A stretch of DNA of 64,000 nt from Sphagnum compactum (lineage: Eukaryota), in assembly GCA_965153455.1 (NCBI GenBank), contig OZ234494.1, positions 8,804,001 to 8,868,000 of the forward strand, given 5' to 3'. Made by a program: the position numbers and the translations under genes. This document shows positions 51,157-64,000 of this stretch, piece by piece; positions within the stretch are counted from its first letter, which is position 1, and each line of letters starts with the position of its first letter. The notes under the pieces are model-generated. The model was not told where the DNA came from. It saw nothing but the letters and a program-made list of their open reading frames with translations, and did no database searches.

Positions 51157-52445
51157 CAGCGCAGCAGCAGCAGGTTCCCGCGTCCAGCGGCGCCGGTGGT
51201 GGTGAGGAGAGTCGAGACATGAGCGAAGAGTATTGGACAGTAGTGGCGCCCGGTGTGGAAACAACCAGTGCAAAGATTGCACGGCAAATCTGCAGCACCT
51301 CAAGCATAGTGGCAGACAGTATAGTGATAGGAGGAGAGTGGGCAAGTCTAGGCATTCAGCAAGCTGGGTCGTTAGTGAAACGGAATGTAAGATCAGTGGA
51401 AAGAGGAGTGACCCCGCGCATGCTGAAACGCATGCAACAAGCGCGTCGCATGTCTGCAGTTGCCAAGGTGATGTCAAGGAGTCTTCTGAAAGGGGCCATC
51501 AGCGCAACAGGCCATGTACTTGCCGGGAGTCTTGCAGGCTTGGATGTCAATGCGGCGGCCAGTGTGTACGATCATATTACGACGGCGGCGTCAGATCATC
51601 ATCAATATTCTTCTTCCTCTTCTTCAGGGGCTGCTGCTGCAAAGGCTTCTGTTGCGGTTGCCAGTGTCGATGCGTTTGCGAAGCTGGTGGAAGCTGTGGA
51701 GACAGCTGGGAAGTCGGTCTACGGAATGACAAGCGCAGTGCGTACAGATTTGGTACAACATAGTTTGGGTGCAGCGGTCGGAAATGTGATCAACACAGCA
51801 TGGACATTGAACAAAATGGGACTACGAATGCTTTTGCAAGTCACTGCTGCATCAACCGCCATTAGTACACGCAAAAGAACATGCAGTGCAACCAGATATT
51901 CATCCACCGATCATGTTCAGCAGCAGCAGCAGCAGCAGCAGCTGGAATATCATCAGCCCTCAGCATCTGCAACGTCTACTGAATATTCCGCCATCGTGCC
52001 GCCAACAAGTACTAATTCTTCCCTATTGTTTCGTCAAATTACGCTCTCTCCTCAACAACATCAACAACTGGAGCAGCTGCAAGAAGCTGCAAAATTAGCC
52101 ATTCCTTTGAATCTGCTATCAGCCGCTGCTTCATACAACTCAGCTGATCATCATCTCAAACCCATGCGGACGCAGACATTCTTTGGTCCAGCCCCCACTC
52201 CTGCTGCACTTCACTCTGCTGCAGCAACGTCGTCATCATCGACACCAACCAGTCCAGCAGCTGCAGCCAGCAAAGTTTACTGCAATAATTCTTCCCTTCA
52301 ACGCCTAAACGCTCATGGCCACCATCCATTTGTACATCCAAAGAGCCCTTTCCGACACTACACCGAGCAGAGACAAGTTTCTCAGCCTCAATCCTCCCCT
52401 TACAACTTTTCACTACATTTGGATCAATCCAAAGCAGCTCCCTGA
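51157..52445 (+). CDS. Senescence/dehydration-associated (ERD7/spartin-domain) protein, exon 2
   Basis: Acceptor CACAG|CA restores the frame; join(50506..50959,51157..52445) is 1743 nt, or 580 aa. YWTVVAPGVE, KRMQQARRMS, ASVDAFAKLVEAVETAGK and TAWTLNK are Senescence-domain motifs. The tail is Q/S/A/H-rich. Confidence 0.87.
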
Positions 52446-55039
52446 ATCAAATAGATAGATATAATATATGTATATATATAGTCTCAAGCTCACCAGCTGT
52501 CTATCAGTTGTGAAACACCAATTTGCAGCACAGCAGCAGTAACTAGTCTGAGAGCTTAAATCACGTGCTAGGAATAAGTTAATTGTCAGTCCCTGGGAGT
52601 TACAGTTTCCATGATAGATCTGTTGCAGCCTTGGAAAAAAGCCCAACTAGTGAGGCACTACTGCACGGATGAGAATTAATTAAAATTGCCTGCAGGCATA
52701 CATGTTCTACAAGAGTTTCAAGGTCTACACTGAACTGGATCATCTACCTACCATGATAACACAGCAGGACGAATTATATTATGCAACAGGTAGAGCTGCT
52801 AGTTTGTAGCCAGTATTGCTATCATGGATTGAACTCATCATGATCATTCATGACTTCTCTTCAGCTGCTTCACTTACTACATGGTCCTTAAGAACCTGTT
52901 CGTATGGTACTGTGTCATGCTGCTCCACAACACCTGCGATATTAGGCTCATGTGAGGCAACTCTTCCTGAACCCTTGTGGCATTCTCATGTTATCATCAT
53001 CATCATGGCCAGAGTGAGTCACCAGCACCCAGTGCACTTGATTGAACTCATGGTATCAGCCAAAAAACTCCAGCACTTGTGTTTTGTACAGACCAAGCTC
53101 TTTGAACTTGCTGCAAAAGTTGTCCTTCAGGCAGCTAGAGATGCATGGAAGGTAGACAGCGGATCTCATTATGGAAGGTTAGCTACACAGACAGGAGAAC
53201 TGTACATAAAGCTCATTCTTACTTTGCTTTTCTTTTCCTTCTAAAAATGGCCAAGTAATGTCCTTGTTTCACATGGTTGTCACTTAGCTGAGACAGAGCT
53301 GCAGATTTATATAAAGATTGCTAGCTACTTTTGGGAGCACCTGAGCTTTAAATCTTGGGAGTACGAAATTTTGAAGCATGGAACACATTGGATGGTGCTC
53401 ATGCCCAAAATCAATTTACCCTTTTCAAAAAACAAAAGAACAGTTGAAAACACATCACCAAATGGGGGGGGGGGGGGGGGGGGGGGTAGAAATCTCTTGC
53501 ATTTTTACAAAACTAACTACAAATCAAAATAAAGATATAAATTGGTTTAGCAATTTGAAGGTAAATTTTGTAAAATCATTTGGAAAATAAATGAGGCCCC
53601 CAAAAAATTTAGTGAGAACATTTATTGAATTTAAACACTTAGGCATTTTGATATAATATCTAGTTAAAGATGTTTAGGTCTTTCATTTATAAATAAGTTT
53701 AGTCTTGTTCGTCTTTGTCATGTGGCCAAAGAATTTTGTGTACCATTATATTGTACACAATTTTAATGTAAAATGGATTGGAGTGCATTTTGATGTTTAA
53801 GCATTTATATGCAACAAACGAAATTCAAAGTATTTCTTTAAATCAAAAGATGCTAGAGTGAACTCAAGAAAAAAAATGTGAAAGTGATCTGGAATGTGAA
53901 CTCTTGCCCCCAGAGAATATTCCAAGTTAAAATTTGACTTGTGTTCAAACTCCAACTATTTTTTGTGTACACCGTACCATGGAAACACTCATAAACTCTT
54001 CCCAACCCAAGAACACTCTGTGTTAATAATTAACACTAGTGCATCAAAGAGGATATTGTTTCAAGTATTAATAGGACTGAAGGAAGATTTTTTTTTTCAT
54101 CTTATTATTATCCATTTTTTTAATATTCACAAATTGAAACCATCATAAACTTAATTTAAATTTTATGATTGCATTGAATTTTGGTACAATATATTGATAT
54201 TTGATTTTTTCGTTTTAGTTGAAATCGTGAGAGACTCTATGATGAGGGATTCACAATCTATTAGCACGTTCATATATACATGCTCATATTTTGAACATAA
54301 AAATAATCACATGTATAGATAACCTAATATGAAATTCTTGAAAAGGAATCCTATGCAACATTCATTAACTCATCTTAAAAGCATCCATAACCCCCCTTCT
54401 TGTGACCCTAGATTTTCCTTAATTTCCTCCAAAAAATTAGGTGAACCTCCTAACAGTTAATACCTAAGCACTTTGTACATGTATGTCATATTTTCTTTAT
54501 TTTTAATATATGAAATTAAAAATATCTTATATTAAAATTACAATTTGGTTTGGAGAATTTAGGCATGATCCTATTGTGAAATCAATTGAATCATGTTTTC
54601 ACTCAACAATCAATATATGGGGCCTTTGAATTTTACTCACATAATATTCAATTACCCAAAAAAAGTGTTTTTAACATTGGAACAATTATAGTATCTAATC
54701 AGGCCTTTCTTTTTTGCATCTAAGCATGAATAATTTGACTTTTTTATATGTTTTGATTCTTAGGTGTCATGAATGCATATACTAACTTTCAAATGTACTG
54801 TTGCAAAGCTCAATCATTCTAATGACTAAGATTTTAAAATTCTCTTATAATAATGAAATTTTATATCATCATTAAACTTGGTATGACATGTCATCTCAAC
54901 TTAATCATTTTATTTGACCAAATGTTACAAAAGGCACCTTGGTGGATGGATGATATATGTTAAAAATCTATAAACACATTATGAATCATTGCATCTGATC
55001 AAAAGTCAACCTAGTTTAACTCATGTAACTAGTGTAACC

Positions 55040-55190
55040 AAAAGTCAACCTAACTTAACTTAGTTAGGCTAAATAGCCTAGCCAAATTCGTTTATCCAAA
55101 AGGCAATCTAACTTAATCTAGTTAGGCTAAATAGCTTAGCCAAACTCGTTTATCCAAAAGGCAACCTAACTTAACCTAGTTAGGCTAGCT
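55040..55190. repeat. 58-bp tandem repeat, about 2.5 copies
   Basis: CCAAAAGGCAA(C/T)CTAACTTAA(C/T)CTAGTTAGGCTAAATAGC.TAGCCAAA.TCGTTTAT at a period of 58 (55096/55154). Confidence 0.85.
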
Positions 55191-58100
55191 ATTTTTGTAA
55201 AGCAACTTAGGCTACTTAATTTAAGCTAGGTGGCCTATATTAAAAACAAACGTTGAACTCCTAGCCCAAGAAGCCTAGATTAAGCTACCTAATTTAAGCT
55301 AAGTGGCTTAGGTATCATAGGTTGCAAGATTGAGAATTTGAACCCCTCACTTTCACTTTGGGGTTTAAGTCTTCATCCATTGCACTACCACATTTTTTAT
55401 ATTAATTATGTTTAACACAAAGTTATAAAGCTCAAAAATTTTAACCTTGAATTAACCTTGGCCACCCAAGGTTGACCTAAGTCGACCTACCTATTATCTA
55501 TCAACTTAGTCTAAACCTTAGAACTTCCCTAGGTTGACTTAACATGAACTATTTGTCAACCTATACTAACTAACCTAGCCTAGGTTAATATATGCATTCT
55601 TAAGCCAAATAAAAAACCTAGGATAATTATGTCACATCTAGTGGCATCATAATCGCATCTAGTCACATTTAATTGCACAAACTTAAAGGCGCCAACTTAA
55701 AAGTCCTTTTCCAAAGATTGCACATGTCATGTGTCATTTCTGGGTTGGTTTATAACATAAAATTTTATATTTTGGATACCGAATTTAACATTGCATTTAG
55801 ATATAAATATATTTTGACTACAAATGGATTTTATATCATACATATTAGGCATTCATGCCCTCTATCACATAAATATGAATAAATTTTGTTAAGGCCACAT
55901 TTTAAAAATTCATAATTTTCAAGGTCAAAAACATATTTGAACCAAATGTGTTCAAATCGGTTGTAAAAATAATTTTCATTGGTTTTAATCCTTTTGCCCT
56001 TCTAATCATCAATGTTAAAATCATGGGTAGATGCAAACGACAATGGCTCACTTTTGTGACGAGATGGTGTTTTTTCCTTAGGTATTCTTTATTCAAATGC
56101 GTATGGTGATTAATATATCTTTAAATTTACTGATTGGGACTTGGATCTAAACTAATAATTTCACTATGAAAAAAATTGTGTGATTATTTATTGATTAAAT
56201 TTTCATTTGTTAGTAGTAATGGACTTTTGAAGTCGAGAAATATGGACTAGTCATCTAATTGGAACATCACAAAATGGAAATTTTTATATTGATTCACATT
56301 CCAAATTTGTTATTGGGATTCAATGAGGAATCTTTTCTTTGAAAACCTTAGTCGTTTAATAGTTAGGAATTTTTGAATAGTTAAAACTTGACCATATTTT
56401 CATAAGTCCATATGAATTGCAATTTTTGTTTGTTTTTCAATTTCTTTGTCCCAAAAACATATTTTTTGAAAGTTTTAAATGGGGCATTATTCATTTGGAC
56501 TTTGTGGGTTTTCCTTTTAGGACTTCCAAATTTTAAAATGACATCAAATACATTAAATACAAGTTTTTACATAGATATGGGAAGGTTTAGGGGTGATTGA
56601 ACATGTATTATTCAAATATTACAATAGTAACATTTTTAAAATAAAAATCATTTTCATTTGAATCATTTTTAAAAATCTTGTATCAACTTGTAGGGATTGT
56701 AATTTCTATCAATATTAAGCCACCGTAGCTTGCATCTACCCTTTTCTTTAATTTTTAAAAGGAATGGTGGACATTTGGTAGAAAAAACAAGTCGTTTGAA
56801 AAAAATAAGGATCGTCACTTTTGAAATTTGAGTGCTTTGAACATGCAAAAATATTATTGATTTGTGTCAAGTTTTGAGCATATAAACTTTACATTTAATA
56901 AAAAATATTCAAAACTTTTATGATAATCCAAACTATTATGTTTCTTTTGTGATCTTTCAAACATATAAAAATGCAATTTTAAGGAGTGTTTACTCACTAT
57001 TTTGAATGTGTTTTTACCCTTTTAAGCGCTGAAGAGGAGGCCAAGGTCTTTTTCTTAAAGGTAAAAACGTCAATCTCCATCTTGCATGGAGTGAGTTTGT
57101 AAATTTCCTAGTGTGGCCTCATTTCTTTCTATATCAAAAAGATTGGAAGGATTTTTGGATTTAGGACTTCAAGAAGCACACAAACAAAATTTTTTAGTTC
57201 CAAATTTTTTAAAAATTAAAATTTTAATTAATATAGGGTATTGAAATTGGATGCCCAAAAAATTATAAACAAATATAGGGTTGGCTAAAATATGTGGATA
57301 TTAAAATATTAAATAATAATAAGGTGGGGGAAAATATAAATCCAAAACTTAATAACCCCCCCTTCTCACCCAAAAAGAATTGTTTGACACACATAATATA
57401 TTGAATTTATGAATATTATGTATTTCAATGGTTAATAGGAGGAAGTTTTTTTTATTTTCATTGCACAATTGAAAAACCACATGTTTTAATATGTATTTAA
57501 ATAAAAATTTAAACATGCAAATATTTAACAAAAAAATTATCCCACTTTAACAAAATATGGTTTTATGTATATGAAAGTAGGGCTTTAATTAAGTTTTGGA
57601 TGCTTCAAATTGATGGAACCTTAGAATGTATTAATATATTTTCAATTTTTTCATATCAATATATAGTCATGATCTATCAAAGTTTTAATGTACATTAGTA
57701 AACTAAAGATCTTGTATTGTGTATTTTATCATGATTTCACTCAAACACAATATGAAACTTACATTGTAATAAGATAAACACATCATAATAAGTTGTCAAA
57801 TTTTTCACTTTATAGTTCATAATAAAAAGGTTTAACAATGAAAATCGAATGTTAAACACAATATTTGCAACCCATTTTACCCATAAGCTTGAGTGGGACG
57901 TGAACACAATAATGCGTGCTCCAATCACCACATAATTGCTTGACACTTGGATTTCTAAACAATTGCACAATCAAAGTCAAAAGCCTTGAGGATTCCATGT
58001 AGCCCCCCACCTTCATAGCTTTTGGACAATAACCACAATAATCAAACATTTGACAAGCAACATAGGAAAGGATTTCAACTATAACTAGTATTGCCATAAG

Positions 58101-58575
58101 TAGAAGATCATGACATGAGTTGATGGATGTGCAATTCCCAACCATGTGTGCATCCTCTTTAATATATCAATCCACAAGAAGTAACTCTTCCAAAATACAA
58201 CACTTTTAGCATATGTACACCACGAATGAAACATCATTCCCACATATATTAAATAATTTAGCAAATATTGAAAATCAATATAAAAAGAATTCAATTCATA
58301 CGAATCATGAATCAATCAGTGTTCATTTGTCTTTGCAAAACACTTTCCAGGATAAACATTACCACATACTTACTTATGTCATTCTACTCATGCCTTGTAG
58401 ACCACACAAATTCAATTAATGTATATGTGAATCATTTAATCAAGCTTTTAATCATCATGTAGTCAAGATGTCCCTTTTTTACCATCCACCTGTCAAAGCA
58501 ACCACCAAATGTGCAATTTTGAATCATAAGTTATTCCACAAGCATGTATTTTTGTTTGAATAGGTTTAAAGCATA

Positions 58576-58883
58576 CATCACAAATTTAGCATATGACAAA
58601 TTAATAATGAAAATTATGCGAAGTTCATTCATTCATAAGTTCGTACATTTCACACATGAATATCATGCATTGAAAACACGTTTGACACACAGAAAAGTGT
58701 GTTAATGGATGAAGTACAAACCTATTAATGAATGAATGCAACACAAATTTTGCATCTTCCAATAAATCCATGTGTCAAATGTGTTTTCAATGCACAATAT
58801 CAATGCATGAAACGTACAAATTACGAATGAACTAATGTTACATGATTTCCATTTCTAAATCATGAGATGCTAAGTTTGTGATG
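58576..58883. mobile_element. Foldback/MITE with ~115-bp inverted arms
   Basis: CATCACAAATTTAGCAT / ATGCTAAGTTTGTGATG and GCATTGAAAACACGTTTGACACA / TGTGTCAAATGTGTTTTCAATGC. Confidence 0.75.
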
Positions 58884-60659
58884 ATTTATAAAATTATATT
58901 TGAATTGACCATGACCAAATTCAAAACAAAAATAAGCATAGTCTAATAGTTTTGGATTCAAGAAACAACACCTATATAAATTCTTCAATCAAACATCTAT
59001 GCCCTTAAATTATTTTGATGTTAAAATTGGACTAGGGATATTGAAACATCCATTCTAACACCTTTTACTACATCAAATTGATTAATAGATTGTCTAGGGC
59101 AACACTTTTTGATTGGGAAATTACATGATTAAAATTATAGGCTCTTATATCTTAGTTGTTGGGTAATCCAATTAATTCTACAAAAGGATCATGTTTAATC
59201 TCAAAACCAAGACATACTTAATATAAAGTATGTAGTAATCCTAAACATTAGAATAAAAATGAAGAATAATATAACATATGTACAAGGGACTTAAAGTTTT
59301 GAATCTAATTGTCCTTTTTTGGAAAAAGGGGTGGGGAGTTATGTGGAAAGGTTGGGGAAGGTTCCTAGATGAATTATTGAATCTTGTATAAGACGCATCT
59401 TCAATAATGACGTTAGATCACCACTATGATTACATTTATGCTCAATGGTTGTTTACATAATATATGAGCATGTGGAGAGATTGAGAATCTCTCATCACTC
59501 ATCAAAGCTTGAATCAAAACTAAAAATCCAAACAAATGTACGATACAAAAACTCAGTTACAAAAAATAAATTTGAATTAAAAATAGGGTGGATTAAATGT
59601 GAATATTTAAAAATTAGGTAATAATAAGATGAAAAAGTTCAAAGCTTCCAAGAATGAAGAATCCATTGGCACTCAAAGTGGGAAGGCCAATGTCTAAAGG
59701 ACATAACAAAGAAACATCAAACATTAATGTCATCACATCTACAAGGTCATTGAGGTTGATTTGTAGGTTCTTTTGTGTCAATAGTTCAATAGTTTGCAAT
59801 TGTCCTTACACTTTGATGCAACAAACAAATGAAGACAATGATAACACCAAAACTAGTTGGCAAACCTCTGCTCGCACATTCATATTCAAAACTTGAAAGG
59901 TGATAGCAACCACAAATCAAACAAGATCTTGTTGATGAAAGAAATAGAATCCAAGTGTTTTCAGCGGTGAAATGAATCGCTTTCTAAACCCCAACACATG
60001 TAAACATGGCCTTTTGATTTGAACAGGTACCCCAATGCCCCCCTTCCCCCCCAAATATAATCGTGGAAATGATATATGTTAACATGTAAGTTTTTATGTG
60101 ATGCTCTGAAAAGTTGTTATGTATATATTTGAAGTGATATTTGCACTTGGTCACACTTCACACCTCACCCCAATGTTAATATTAGTTTATTGGGCCATGC
60201 CTTTAGCAGGCAACGATCACTTTGGGTCTACAACACCTTGATGCTAGAATTAGCTTGGACCTTACAGTCAGAAATACTAGCACAACTATAACAAGGACTT
60301 AGTAATCTAGAACTCACTTAGAAGGCTAAACATTAAAGCTCAAGAAGTAGGTAAGAGAAGCTACATGATTTGATAGTTTATTTGTTTCAAAGATATATTA
60401 CAATTAATTTGGTAGGCATTTCAAATTTTTTCCTTATAGCACAATTTTTGGTTTGGCTAACAACTTTATTTAGTTTTGCAATTGTAGAGTTATTTTAAGT
60501 AAAGAAGTTGTTATACATACTATAAATAACATGATCTTAAGTATAATTATAATTAAAGATTAGATTAAAATAATGCAAGTATCGTGGCATGTATATAACC
60601 TCATGTATTTTACCCCATTTATGTCCCTCCTTCCTTGGGCTTCTGTGGATCTGACTAAA

Positions 60660-63600
60660 TGAATAGTTGTTCAAATCCAAACTCAAATGGGATGTCCATG
60701 ATTTATTGCGGCACCCTGGTAAGACATATTGAACTGCTCACCTTATTAATGAACAGAACACATCAAGCATCCAAATAACTGAAATCAAAGAACAAAACCA
60801 AAAGATAATTGCTGCATATGTTCACATTTGCAGCAAAAAATTTCTCATGCAAACTGCAGCACTTGGCAAAAAGTACTGCATAAGAGACCACAAAGAAACG
60901 GGTCTGGAAGAGTTTTACCATGAAGCGAGTAATACCTTGTATGCTTAAGAACAACACCAGGATCAACAAGAATACTAGAAAGTCACAAACAAGGGTGTGC
61001 CACCATGTTCCAAAGCTGCTTCACAAATCTTTCTAAGGTTGAATCCATCATGTGGACTGACCCCTGAAATTGTCATTTGCAGATCCAGTTGTTCCTGTTT
61101 ATACATCAAATCCAACACAAAGGGTCCTGATATCCTATAATGTGTTTACAAGTATACTGGTGCCTTGAAGATTCATGCAATCAGGTCACTGGACTTACCC
61201 ATTGCAGATGCCAGAGTAAATTTGCAAGCATAAATCAGATTCTCATTTTGCTCAATCAGATATGGTGTAAATTGCAGACATGAACTTCGGGCAGGATTCT
61301 GTCTGTTGCAGATTGTGCATCCTCAAAAGTGTTGTGATGCCAGGAAGGCACTAGAAGGCACTAGAGGCCTAGAGGTCAACTGTAAGAAAATCAGAGTGAG
61401 TCATGTCAACCAAATGAATTTGATGCTTGCAATAATTTGTAGTACCAAAATGTTCATATGTCAAATGCAAACAGAATCAGAAAGCAAGAGTTGAGTTGGG
61501 TTTCTCTTCACTTCACAATGAGGAGCCTCAAAAACAAAAACTAGTTCACTGCTTTTTCAATGAAGATGTAAGATCAAGAATTGGGTAGAAGAGAGAGAAG
61601 AATCAAACTTGACAGGAATTCATAACGATGGCAGTGGATGGTGGAGCTCAACAATAACAAGGAGTACTACCATTTGGATGAAATTCTGGCAAGCCTTAAC
61701 CTAGTTTTGCATGCACAAGTTGTAAAATATTTCTATCCCTTAGTGAAAAATTCAAGCCTTCTTGATAGATGTTTTCAATTCTAAAACAAATAGTTGATGA
61801 GTCCAACAAAGCTCTTGACAGAAGCATTTGCATACCAGTGGATTGAGGGTGGCAGCTAGAGATGGGTATGAGGCCAGATGCCCTCAATATAATTCCTCCT
61901 CACTTTCTCACAGATGACAACCAATCACTTCTTGAAGCTTGTGCGACATACTTGATGAATGCCTATTCTTTCTCAAGAAATTCTTATTTAGCACATGAAA
62001 ATCAAAGTTGGTTCCTACTCCTCACATCATAAGAGATCACAAGCAAGCAAAAGGATGGAACATTTTTGTCTTTCAAGTGGGTAGTAGAGGGAGAGAACAA
62101 ATTGAAGGATCTATTTTTGTGTCAGCGTACTTTGAGGTAGATGATAGCACACACTTCAGCTGAAGAGGCACAAGAATAAGAAAGGGCACAGATTGCATTA
62201 GCTGAGAAACAAGCAAAGGAGTTTCAAGAGAGGCGACATAGAAGAGATTATTTGCTGCATATTCCTCTCACACTGGTCACCACTCCATGTGGTTTAAACA
62301 TCAGCATGTGTTTAGTTTGACTGCAGCAAAAAGATCTGCAGCAGCAGAGATCTCTTGTTGTATACTCTGTCATTAGCTGTTAAAAGAGAGAAGAAAAAAC
62401 CAGCATCATCAACTGTGACCTTAACTAAGCCTTCAAACAAGTGCCCAGGGTTTCAATGCAAGACTCCAAACAGAAAGCATGGTACTCAAATTGATTTGTA
62501 AGCCTTCCCTCCTATCAAGCTTACCATCAGTGTTTTATACTTCTCCTATACATGCATCTTTCTGTGTCTTAGGAGTTTGGAGCACCACCTTCTCACTGTG
62601 TGCTGTACTTATTGCATCATCCAGAAGCAAAAATTAAATTTGGAATTCATATCGATTCTCTTCAGCCAGCAATTTGCAAGGTGTTGTGTATAAGGCTGAC
62701 AAATTCTTGCTACTTTGTAATTCTTGTCCAGATCTGCACTAACAATCAGTTGGAAAGACACACTGCTTGTTTTGACTATAGAATACCTTGCTTGCGTTTG
62801 AACACATGGTTGTACTGTTCAACACTCAGACAAAGATGCAACATTTCAGATGCTGCTACCTGCTGAAGATGCAGACTTTACCCCAATGTGTCCAAATCAT
62901 TTTGGCAGAACTCAGTTTTAGGGATAGATCATTGCCAGAAACGATCACATCAAGCCGTCAATGTAATGTGTAAAGTCTCCATTGATGGAAATCCAGAACA
63001 TCAAATGCGTATCTCTTGAATCTTCTACCCATCCCATATGCTGGTCTCAAGGATTGAAAGAACAATGAACATCTTTTTTTGCTATAGACAGGTGTTTGTG
63101 ACAGACAAAAAGAAGAAATCTTATGGGTTGAAGGATAAACCAAACAGCATCAAGAAGGTATTGACTCAGGAGCTGAAAGCCATCAATCTAGGTGAACGAG
63201 TAATCTTTGTGGGCACCACCAGCAATCCTCAGGTGCAGTGCTATTTGATGTTTGCATTTCCTTCATAGCATCATTCATGTTCTTTCTGCAATTCTTTTGA
63301 GAACAAATGTGATGGTCAGGGAAACAAGAAGTCTGTGAAGAAACAAAGTAGGGTAAGACTTCTTTTGCTGAATGTTGGTCCAATTTCCATCACTGCTGAC
63401 CTTGTCCCTACATCCCATGAAAGAAGCATACTTGAAATGTTTACAGGTGACAAGGGTGAAATTGGAGGTCAAAACAGTTGTGGATCATCCCTACAAATTC
63501 AATCCCATGGATCCTGCACTTCACCTCGTTGCCAAGGTACACAAATCCCTTTGATTGATCAGGTTGAAAAGGTAACATGCTTGCAAAAATACATGGTCCA

Positions 63601-63750
63601 CTCATAAACATGGCTTTAAAACCAAGATGGTGTGAATGAACAAATGCAGGCCATCCTGAATCAGCATCTTATCCAGTGCCTCGCTCACAACCAATGACTA
63701 ATTAGAAAGCATTCCTACACAGAATCAATAAAACTCCTAACGATGGCCAT
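60660..63750 (+). pseudogene. DRC11: Decayed DRC11/IQCA1-like gene (IQ and AAA domain, dynein regulatory complex)
   Basis: Exon remnants with GT-AG sites: 61083-61184 (..LQVYWCLEDSCNQ), 61312 onward (IVHPQKCCDARKALEG), about 61627-61705 (WMVELNNNKEYYHLDEILASLNLV), intact exon 63092-63232 (VFVTDKKKKSYGLKDKPNSIKKVLTQELKAINLGERVIFVGTTSNPQ), and about 63650-63740 (ILNQHLIQCLAH/PMTN*). Frameshifts and stops are present; the boundaries are approximate. Confidence 0.72.
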
Positions 63751-64000
63751 GGGACACCCATGTGCTGCCCGGCTCTCTAGACTCACGTGTGCTATTCCAC
63801 TGCGGTGGAGATGGCCAGCTTGCACAGCTACTATCATTCCCAGAGTGGGCTTCCCAACCCTCTCCTCCTCTCTGGTTTTCACTGGAAAGGTGTCTGCTGT
63901 GGGCTCTTGAATTATATGTGTGCTCACCTTCCCAACAATGGCCACCTTGGTTTTGAGTTGCAAAGTTTGCTCTCAACTCATGCCTATGGTGACTTCTGCC

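Larger units (their letters stand above)
54390..59370. mobile_element. Candidate long-TIR (Mutator-like/foldback) element with nested insertions
   Basis: About 54460-54670 is a diverged reverse complement of about 59100-59300 (shared blocks TTGTACAT, TTATATTAA, CATGATCCT.TTGT, AAAAAGTGTT). No TSD was identified. Confidence 0.5.

Noticed and set aside
52816..53244. 142-aa plus-strand ORF and short protein-like minus-strand frames
   Set aside because: TTG start, no recognisable domain, and minus frames interrupted by stops.

Overview
Eukaryotic, AT-rich, transposon-dominated DNA. It is most consistent with a bryophyte (Sphagnum-like) nuclear genome; this is inferred from a plant senescence/ERD7-family gene next to a flagellar DRC11/IQCA1-like sequence. 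All homology calls come from my recognition of motifs, not from database searches. One gene looks intact: a two-exon senescence/spartin-domain (ERD7-like) gene at 50506-52445. A decayed, intron-containing DRC11/IQCA1-like pseudogene lies at about 60.7-63.8 kb. The rest is layered mobile DNA: (1) a young, GC-rich hobo/Hermes-like hAT element with a nonsense mutation, a frameshift and a hobo-like right TIR; (2) a 6.85-kb hAT-type unit with TIRs and an 8-bp TSD that holds a decayed transposase plus a mitochondrial/DnaK-type HSP70 fragment; (3) several hAT- and Tourist-like MITEs; (4) a solo LTR with a 5-bp TSD inside a hairpin-unit tandem array; (5) a CACTA remnant; (6) an unclassified Cys-rich transposase remnant; (7) a long-TIR element; (8) a tRNA-like SINE candidate. 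I found no CRISPR array, rRNA or convincing new multi-gene system.
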